IMG/VR virus record: IMGVR_UViG_3300005096_000137
Location: 32,001 to 96,000 of that record
Length of the DNA stretch: 64,000 nucleotides
Source: a virus
Strand: one strand, 5' to 3'
In this document: one piece after another, positions 40,508 to 46,803 of the stretch
How positions within the stretch are numbered: the stretch's first letter is position 1
How the letters are laid out: each line of letters begins with the position of its first letter
Translations under genes and position numbers: made by a program
The notes under the pieces: model-generated
What the model was told of the DNA's origin: nothing
Databases searched by the model: none
Seen by the model: only the letters and a program-made list of their open reading frames with translations

Positions 40508-41379
40508 GCTATGATTATGAAGTTGCTGGGCATGTCTACGTCGTCCCACTCCATGACATCTACGTGGACCCTGATTTCAATTGCCGGGGTGCATTTGCTC
40601 CTCATGAAGTTCACGGACTTGGTCAGAGTATCTCGGAAGAAGGTCAACGGGCTCCCATAGTTGTCCAACCTCTGGACGACGTCCCTGGACCAGAGCAGCC
40701 CCTGGGTGACTGGACCTTTCGTTTGATCGCCGGACATCGCCGCTACATGGCAATCGATAAATGGTCTACGGGTACTACTATCAACTGTGTGGTGGAGAGG
40801 GGACTGACCCGTGAACAGGCTTGCACTCTTAACTTCTCAGAGAATCTCCAGAGAAAGGACCTGAACATCTTGGAGGAGGCTCGCGCACTCCACCGCACCT
40901 GGCCAATCCAGTCATTGGGCATGATCTCAAAACTCATTGGGAAACCTAAGAAGTGGATCCACGCTCGCCGGATGCTCCTCCAGCTCCCTGATTACGTCCA
41001 GACACGGGCAGCCAGTAACGGTATTTCCCAGTACGATATCCTAATGCTTGCCAAACTCCCGCCCGACAGGGTGGAGGCAGCCTACGAGAAGCTGACTTCG
41101 TCAAAAGGAAAGACGGGGCGACGACCAGTGGTAGCCGGCAAACAGAAGTGGAGAAACCGACCTCGGGGAATCAATGAAATCTCAAAGATGGTCGCATTCC
41201 TGCTCCGCCACCAGCGATTCTCAGAACTTTCCGAAGCCGAAATTACTCTGGTCACGTCAACCCTGGTCTGGGTCACTAAAGGCATTGACGCACAGGAGTT
41301 ACTAGAGAACAGGTTTGGCTTCCCCGAGGGCAGCGTGGCTATCGATTCCACTGACGAAATTGAGGGAATGAAAGATTAG
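40495..41379 (+). CDS. ParB/RepB/Spo0J-like protein
   Basis: PIVVQ, LIAGHRRYMA, ENLQRKDLNILEEA. Confidence 0.85.
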   Translation: MLQLSYDYEVAGHVYVVPLHDIYVDPDFNCRGAFAPHEVHGLGQSISEEGQRAPIVVQPLDDVPGPEQPLGDWTFRLIAGHRRYMAIDKWSTGTTINCVVERGLTREQACTLNFSENLQRKDLNILEEARALHRTWPIQSLGMISKLIGKPKKWIHARRMLLQLPDYVQTRAASNGISQYDILMLAKLPPDRVEAAYEKLTSSKGKTGRRPVVAGKQKWRNRPRGINEISKMVAFLLRHQRFSELSEAEITLVTSTLVWVTKGIDAQELLENRFGFPEGSVAIDSTDEIEGMKD

Positions 41380-41404
41380 CCGCAGGTTTTATTGAAATTG
41401 GTTC

Positions 41405-41432
41405 TTGACTTCCCGGACCCATCGAGTATACT
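41405..41432 (+). promoter_or_regulatory. sigma70-like promoter for the Y-RNA/tRNA-like cluster
   Basis: TTGACT-16 nt-TATACT. Confidence 0.65.
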
Positions 41433-41542
41433 TGGTAATAGAACGTGCCAAAGATTCAAGACTAATTCCAGCCAAAAGAGCTGGTGAACTCTAACTTGAG
41501 GACAGAACGATGTAGTTGGCTGGGTGAAAGCCCAGCACCCTT

Positions 41543-41667
41543 GGAGGGGTAGCTCAGTTGGTAGAGCGCCAGTAGCATAAAAACAGTTGTGACAAACTTG
41601 CTATTAAGCCGAACATAGCTGATTATCTCGGAACTGGATGTCGCGGGTTCGAGACCCGCCCCCTCCG
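41543..41667 (+). ncRNA. tRNA-Y RNA chimera 1 (Ro-binding-like helix replacing the anticodon loop)
   Basis: GGAGGGG/CCCCTCC acceptor, canonical D and T arms, ccagt/actgg stem enclosing a 59-nt insert with ACTTGCT-atta-AGCCGAA...ATTATCT. Confidence 0.8.
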
Positions 41668-41669
41668 CT

Positions 41670-41734
41670 GCCTAAGCCGAAGTCAATGCGTTATCTTTCA
41701 TATGATTACCCGCACCGACATTCACTTGCCAGGC
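41670..41734 (+). ncRNA. minimal Y RNA-like gene 1
   Basis: gcct-AAGCCGAA-gtcaatgcGTTATCT...cgcaccgac-attCACTTGC-caggc. Confidence 0.75.
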
Positions 41735-41759
41735 TATTTTAGATGTAGACCAATACTTT

Positions 41760-41878
41760 ACGGGGGTAGCTCAGTTGTTAGAGCACCAGCTCGGGCCATT
41801 ACGACAAACTGTCCGGACAGTCTTGTATAACGGGTCACAGGGAGCTGGGGGTCGGTGGTTCAATTCCTCCTCCCCGTA
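41760..41878 (+). ncRNA. tRNA-like RNA with about 50-nt hairpin in place of anticodon loop
   Basis: acggggg/tccccgt acceptor, D arm, ccagctc/gagctgg stem, palindromic apex actgtccggacagt. Confidence 0.7.
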
Positions 41879-41883
41879 CTACT

Positions 41884-41949
41884 GCCTAAGCCGAAATCAA
41901 TGCGTTATCTTTCATATGATTACCCGCATTAACATTCACCTGCTATGGC
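41884..41949 (+). ncRNA. minimal Y RNA-like gene 2
   Basis: near-duplicate of 41670-41734. Confidence 0.75.
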
Positions 41950-42039
41950 GTTTTGAGTGTAGACCACGGACTACGAGCATCTTAGGCTGCTTATGGCCCT
42001 GGGGTCTCAGTTGTAGTTCAAGTCTGCCGCACTCACCTT

Positions 42040-42107
42040 GGGCGAAGCCGCAGCTCATGCGTTATCCTTGTAAGATTTGCCGCATACAGCATCGACTTGC
42101 TAAGCCC
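42040..42107 (+). ncRNA. minimal Y RNA-like gene 3 (divergent)
   Basis: gggc-gAAGCCGCA-gctcatgcGTTATC...cgcatacagc-atcGACTTGC-taagccc. Confidence 0.7.
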
Positions 42108-42120
42108 AATAATACAAAGT

Positions 42121-42138
42121 CCCCGCCTTCGGGTGGGG
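42121..42138 (+). terminator. GC hairpin after the RNA cluster (terminator or processing signal)
   Basis: ccccgcc-ttcg-ggtgggg; no clear U-tract. Confidence 0.4.
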
Positions 42139-42200
42139 CGTTCGCACAAAGTCCCTGTCCGCCCTTATGGCGGGCAGGGTAGTGATTCAAGGAGAGTAAT

Positions 42201-42572
42201 GTGTCTGATTACGATGAGTTTGAATCTGAGTTTGAAGCCGAGGAATTCAAGGCAGAAATCAAACAGATGCAAGCAGAGTCGCAAGGGGTGGCTCTAGACC
42301 ACGCAATTTATCGAGAAGCTTCACAGCATGCTGTGTTTGATGAATGGCAGATAGTCTCTTTATTGAACCAAGATGCCTACTTCGTGGATGGTTGTGATCT
42401 GGAAGCTGATCCCAAGACAGGTAAGTGTGTCTGTGTGATTCTCCGAGAGAAGGATGAGGGTACTGGTAAAATGTGTAACCACTATTATACACTGAAGAAT
42501 GCCCTGATCCGCCTCCGTCACATAACGCCCAACTTGTTCCTCGCGAACGTGAAGGGGCAATCGGATGACTGA
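42201..42572 (+). CDS. hypothetical protein (PxLF family)
   Basis: C-terminal YTLKNALIRLRHITPNLF. Confidence 0.6.
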   Translation: MSDYDEFESEFEAEEFKAEIKQMQAESQGVALDHAIYREASQHAVFDEWQIVSLLNQDAYFVDGCDLEADPKTGKCVCVILREKDEGTGKMCNHYYTLKNALIRLRHITPNLFLANVKGQSDD

Positions 42573-42891
42573 CTCCAAGATACCAACCGAGTTGGAATTG
42601 GCTGAAAAGAAGTACCATTATTTAGTGATTCGAGAATCCATTTTGAAAGCCGCGAAATCACACCGGGTTTACTGGCCATTGCAGATTCTCCTACTTCTTA
42701 GGGACCAAGCTTATATTGAAGGTGGCTATGGTGGCAATTCATATGAGATTCCTTCTGGTGTGGTGCGCGTGAATCTGGATGTAAAAACCTTGAATCCTAC
42801 CAGTCCGGCGAAAAGACTCTATTCTTTAGATCGTGTTATGAAACGACTTCGGCAAATTCATCCAAGTCTATTTAACCTGGGGGTTGAATAA
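42565..42891 (+). CDS. hypothetical protein (PxLF family)
   Basis: C-terminal YSLDRVMKRLRQIHPSLF. Confidence 0.6.
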   Translation: MTDSKIPTELELAEKKYHYLVIRESILKAAKSHRVYWPLQILLLLRDQAYIEGGYGGNSYEIPSGVVRVNLDVKTLNPTSPAKRLYSLDRVMKRLRQIHPSLFNLGVE

Positions 42892-42896
42892 CCAGA

Positions 42897-43463
42897 ATGA
42901 ACTTTCAGAATACGACTGGGAATTATGCCATTGCAGCCGGTCTGGCCGCTTCTGCGCATACTAAGCAACGTCGGAAAGACCCTGATAGGACCCCCTACAT
43001 CAATCACCCACTTGAAGTTGCCGTCCTCTTAACATATGATGGGCAAGTGGATGATGTGGATACTCTGATCGCAGCAGTCCTTCATGATGTTGTGGAAGAT
43101 ACAGATATCACGCTAGGTTTTATCTTCACCCTGTTTGGTCCCCGAGTGAGGGACATCGTGGCCGAGGTTACTGACGACAAGTCGCTCCCGAGTGCAACAA
43201 GGAAGCAACTACAAATTGACAACGCCCCTGGTAAGTCAGACGCCGCCAAGATGATTAAGATCGCGGATAAGATAGTCAATATCCAAGACATGAGCACAGA
43301 GTCCCCTGTTGGCTGGTCGACTGACCGGAAGTTCGAGTACATTGATTGGGCGACGAAAGTCGTGGCAGGTTGTGCCGGCGTGAATTCTAATTTGGATGCC
43401 ATATTTCACAGTGCGGCTATCCAAGCCAAAGCCAACTGTACTACTGTTGGGAACCATGAGTAA
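42897..43463 (+). CDS. MESH1/SpoT-type HD-domain hydrolase (small alarmone hydrolase-like)
   Basis: HTKQRRKD...PYINHP, AAVLHDVVEDT, EVTDDK, KIADKIVN. Confidence 0.88.
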   Translation: MNFQNTTGNYAIAAGLAASAHTKQRRKDPDRTPYINHPLEVAVLLTYDGQVDDVDTLIAAVLHDVVEDTDITLGFIFTLFGPRVRDIVAEVTDDKSLPSATRKQLQIDNAPGKSDAAKMIKIADKIVNIQDMSTESPVGWSTDRKFEYIDWATKVVAGCAGVNSNLDAIFHSAAIQAKANCTTVGNHE

Positions 43464-43526
43464 CCTCAATTCTACACGGTAACTCTCCGAGGGTTACTGT
43501 GCAAACTTTATGATTGGAGACAGAGA

Positions 43527-43844
43527 ATGGCAATTACTTTAGACACCACCTATCACGGCGTAGTTCAAGAGGTCCGTAACCTAAGCTACCAATGGGCAGA
43601 CAATTTGGTCGCCCTCTTGATTGTCGAAGCGGCTATGAAGCAAGGGGCTTTTAATCCACAGCAGGTCCGGGTACTTTTAGCAGACGGAGCCACGACTAAT
43701 CCTAATGTCAATCCTCATTTTGGATTACCTCGGGACTTTGAGGTCCGGATAAGTAACAGCCACACAGGGGGTGTCGGGATGTCTCTTGAACAGGCAGTGA
43801 GTTACTTGAAAGAGACCCAGCCCAATTTGTTCCTGGCTGACTAA
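43527..43844 (+). CDS. hypothetical protein (PxLF family)
   Basis: C-terminal MSLEQAVSYLKETQPNLF. Confidence 0.6.
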   Translation: MAITLDTTYHGVVQEVRNLSYQWADNLVALLIVEAAMKQGAFNPQQVRVLLADGATTNPNVNPHFGLPRDFEVRISNSHTGGVGMSLEQAVSYLKETQPNLFLAD

Positions 43845-43851
43845 TACATGT

Positions 43852-43984
43852 AGTCCAAGAGCAACGGAATCAGAACCGAATAATGACTCTAAACTGAATC
43901 GACAAATCTGACCACCCTGGGTGGAGTCCGAGAGCAACGGAATCAGAACCGAATAATGACTCTAAACTGAATCGACAAATCTGA
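43852..43984 (+). repeat. 60-bp direct repeat, two copies (period 73)
   Basis: agtcc(a/g)agagcaacggaatcagaaccgaataatgactctaaactgaatcgacaaatctga at 43852 and 43925. Confidence 0.9.
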
Positions 43985-43990
43985 ATCGAT

Positions 43991-44137
43991 GCGACTGTGG
44001 TGTAATGGTAGCACACATACTAACTAGGTTGTCAATAACTTGCGCAGAAGAAGTACCTTCGGGGAACCACGCTGAGCCGAATGTTAACCGTTATCTCTTG
44101 CACGAGTGTGGACTAGGTTCAATTCCTAGCAGTCGTT
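43991..44137 (+). ncRNA. tRNA-Y RNA chimera 2, immediately upstream of ro60
   Basis: gcgactg/cagtcgt acceptor, D arm, T arm ctaggttcaattcctag; insert ggttgtca..ACTTGC...AGCCGAA-tgttaacc-GTTATCT. Confidence 0.8.
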
Positions 44138-44165
44138 TTAACAATTTCACTGGAGAACTGAAATC

Positions 44166-45740
44166 ATGTCCTACTCAACTGATATTGGTCGAACTGATCA
44201 AGTTACTAACAACCAAGGTGGTCGTGTCTTCCAGATTGACTGCTGGGCACGCCTAGAGCGGTTCCTCATTCTTGGACACGAGGGTGGGAGCTACTACGCC
44301 GAGCAGCAGAAGCTGACTCTTGAGACAGTTGTTTGTATTGATGAGTGTCTGGCTGAAAGTTCGTACCTCATGGTGAAGGCTATCGTGGACATCAGCCAAT
44401 CAGGACGGGCTCCAAAGAATGACCCGGCCATCTTTGCGCTTGCCTACGTAGTGTCAAAGAAGGACGAGTCATCCCAGTATGCGCTCAAGTTTCTGGGGGA
44501 TGTGTGTCGGATTGGGACACATCTTGCTCAGTTCCTAAATCACTGTAAGAACCTTGGCAGAGGTTGGGGTCCATCATTCACGCGGGCAGTTGCTGAGTGG
44601 TACAACCGTGATCCAGAACGGCTTGCCATGCAGGTGACAAAATACGCGAACCGAAAAGGGTGGACACATCGTGACATTCTCCGCAAGGCGCACCCTTCGT
44701 CCAAGGATAAGAAGCTTGACAACATCTTCTGTTACCTGACCCAACATGCGAAGTGGTCACGCCGGAAGAACTCGGGACCTGCTGATGAGTTCCTGTGTGC
44801 GGTGGATGAAGCTAAGGACTCAAAAACGACCGTGGCTCGGCTCGTGGAACTAATTCAGTTGTATGGGCTGGTGCGCGAGCACATGCCAACCAATGCTTTG
44901 AACAATCGAGAAGTCTGGATGGCGCTGCTTCAAAACATGCCACTCACGGCAATGATTCGCAACCTGGGTAAGATGTCCAGCATTCGACTCCTCACACCCC
45001 TGAGCACTGGTTCAAAGCTGGTGCGGTCTGCACTCGAAGACTCTGGAAACCTAAAGAAACAACGGGTTCATCCCTTGTCATTACTGATTGCGCTCAAGCA
45101 ATATGGCGAAGGTCAGGGTCTTCGTGGCTCCCTTACTTGGGACCCTGTCCCACAGATTATGACAGGCTTGGACAATGCCTTCTATGAGGCGTTTGACTTC
45201 GTGGAGCCGACCAATAAGAACCACCTCCTAGGTGTTGATGTCTCAGGCTCTATGGACTGGACCAACTGTGTTGGGGCAGGTGTTCTCAAATGTTCCGAGG
45301 GTGCAGCAGCTATGGCTATGCTGGCAGCTCGGACAGAAGAGAACACGCACGTCTTTGGTTTTGCCGACGATTTCCGTGACCTGGGTATCACTGCTTCAGA
45401 TTCCTTGCAGACTGCATTGAAGAAGACCGAGACTGGGACCTTCGGCGGTACGGATTGTGGACTCCCCATGCACTACGCCGCCAATCATGGGATTGAGGTG
45501 GATGTGTTCTGCGTCTACACGGACAATGAAACGGGTGGTGGCTACTACAGTCGGACCAAGGACCCACACCAGGAACTTGAACGCTACCGGCAGACAATGG
45601 GACGGGACGCTAAACTGGCAGTGTTCGGGATGGCACAGAACGAGTTTAGTGTTGCTGATCCTAAAGACGCTGGGCAAATGGACTTTGTTGGATTTGATGC
45701 GTCGGCTCCAACTTTACTTGCGAACTTCGTTCGTGACTGA
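44166..45740 (+). CDS. rsr: Ro60/TROVE-domain RNA-binding protein with vWA domain
   Basis: NNQGG, RLERFLILGHEGGSYY, RIGTHL, KYANRKGWTHRDILRKAHP, MPLTAMIRNLGKM, DVSGSM (MIDAS), GGTDC, YTDNET, GFD. Confidence 0.95.
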   Translation: MSYSTDIGRTDQVTNNQGGRVFQIDCWARLERFLILGHEGGSYYAEQQKLTLETVVCIDECLAESSYLMVKAIVDISQSGRAPKNDPAIFALAYVVSKKDESSQYALKFLGDVCRIGTHLAQFLNHCKNLGRGWGPSFTRAVAEWYNRDPERLAMQVTKYANRKGWTHRDILRKAHPSSKDKKLDNIFCYLTQHAKWSRRKNSGPADEFLCAVDEAKDSKTTVARLVELIQLYGLVREHMPTNALNNREVWMALLQNMPLTAMIRNLGKMSSIRLLTPLSTGSKLVRSALEDSGNLKKQRVHPLSLLIALKQYGEGQGLRGSLTWDPVPQIMTGLDNAFYEAFDFVEPTNKNHLLGVDVSGSMDWTNCVGAGVLKCSEGAAAMAMLAARTEENTHVFGFADDFRDLGITASDSLQTALKKTETGTFGGTDCGLPMHYAANHGIEVDVFCVYTDNETGGGYYSRTKDPHQELERYRQTMGRDAKLAVFGMAQNEFSVADPKDAGQMDFVGFDASAPTLLANFVRD

Positions 45741-46006
45741 ATATGACGAATAACGAAGACAGCATGACATGTTCCCAATGGGCAGAAGCACATCGAGCCA
45801 ACCCCACTGAGGACACACAAACTCCATCCCCGGAGTTGTTGCGAGTCCTAGAGTGGCAGCGTGAGCAGCGGTCAGTTCGCTGGTTCATAAAGTGGTTGTT
45901 CTCGGATAACAATAATCGCTAGGAGGTGCCCAATGGTCCCTCTTTGGCCATGCGGTGCTTAGCACCCCGGCTGGACATATCAGTGTGGTTGGTCGCCACG
46001 AGTAGG

Positions 46007-46098
46007 GAGCCAGGTAGATTCATTTCTATCTGGCTCTTTTTATGCCTTGCCCAGAACCCCAGCTTCGATTAGAATGGAGGGGTACCATTTCAACGCCA
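46007..46098 (+). promoter_or_regulatory. terminator+promoter module, copy 1
   Basis: gagccaggtaga..tctatctggctc-T tract, then TTGCCC-17-TAGAAT. Confidence 0.7.
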
Positions 46099-46114
46099 CA
46101 ATGAGGATCAAACT

Positions 46115-46657
46115 ATGATATCTCCAGAGACCCGTGCCCACTTCGCCAAAGAGACCCAGCAGATTAAAGACATGGGGTTCAAGTATGAATTCGCGGACTA
46201 TCCGGCGATTGACGATGGCGGCTGCGACTATACTGGTGTCACCCTGAGTCGGACTGGTTTCGGACGATTGAGTGATAAGTTCACCCATGAGGAGGGGTGG
46301 GGTGTTTGTCCTGGAACCTTCTCCCGTGTGAGACACAATCTATTGATTCTGGTTTCAAAGACCTTTAGGATTATTACACCAGAGATGCACAGGTGGCATG
46401 GTCGCGACAAGTGGGGTCCTAAATTCAGTCCGTTCCCATCTGGGGTCAAGGGGTTTACTGGCATTCACACTCGGGAAGGGTGTGAATTGGCTTGGGCTCA
46501 GCTTCAGTATTTAGGTGTTACAACTGATGAATTCTACGAAATAGCAGAAATCCTGGACGCACCCCGGGTCTTTTATTTGGCTCCGGCTGATCCACCGCCA
46601 GCTACAGACCAGTTTCCCTTGTTCAATGCTATCCGTCGAGGGTTCCAATCCAAGTAG
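46115..46657 (+). CDS. hypothetical protein between duplicated regulatory modules
   Basis: 180-aa ORF with GAGGA RBS. Confidence 0.65.
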   Translation: MISPETRAHFAKETQQIKDMGFKYEFADYPAIDDGGCDYTGVTLSRTGFGRLSDKFTHEEGWGVCPGTFSRVRHNLLILVSKTFRIITPEMHRWHGRDKWGPKFSPFPSGVKGFTGIHTREGCELAWAQLQYLGVTTDEFYEIAEILDAPRVFYLAPADPPPATDQFPLFNAIRRGFQSK

Positions 46658-46681
46658 TTAATTCAATCCGGACAGGATGCT

Positions 46682-46771
46682 GAGCCAGGTAGATTCATTT
46701 CTACCTGGCTCTTTTATGCCTTGACCTTACATCGGCTTCGATTAGAATGGAGGGATACCATTTCAATGCCA
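46682..46771 (+). promoter_or_regulatory. terminator+promoter module, copy 2 (upstream of DNA polymerase)
   Basis: near-identical to 46007-46098; TTGACC-16-TAGAAT. Confidence 0.7.
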
Positions 46772-46803
46772 GCTCTGGGCAAACAAGAGCATAGGAGACA
46801 CTC

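Noticed and set aside
41670-42107. Repeated 65-nt units as a CRISPR array
   Set aside because: Units are too long and internally structured, are separated by tRNA-like genes, and no cas operon is present; the Y-RNA interpretation fits better
41775-42182. 135-aa ORF (also 44005-44256, 7059-7526, 25334-25609, 27451-27660, 29543-29776)
   Set aside because: Shadow ORFs overlapping tRNA/ncRNA genes, with no protein motifs
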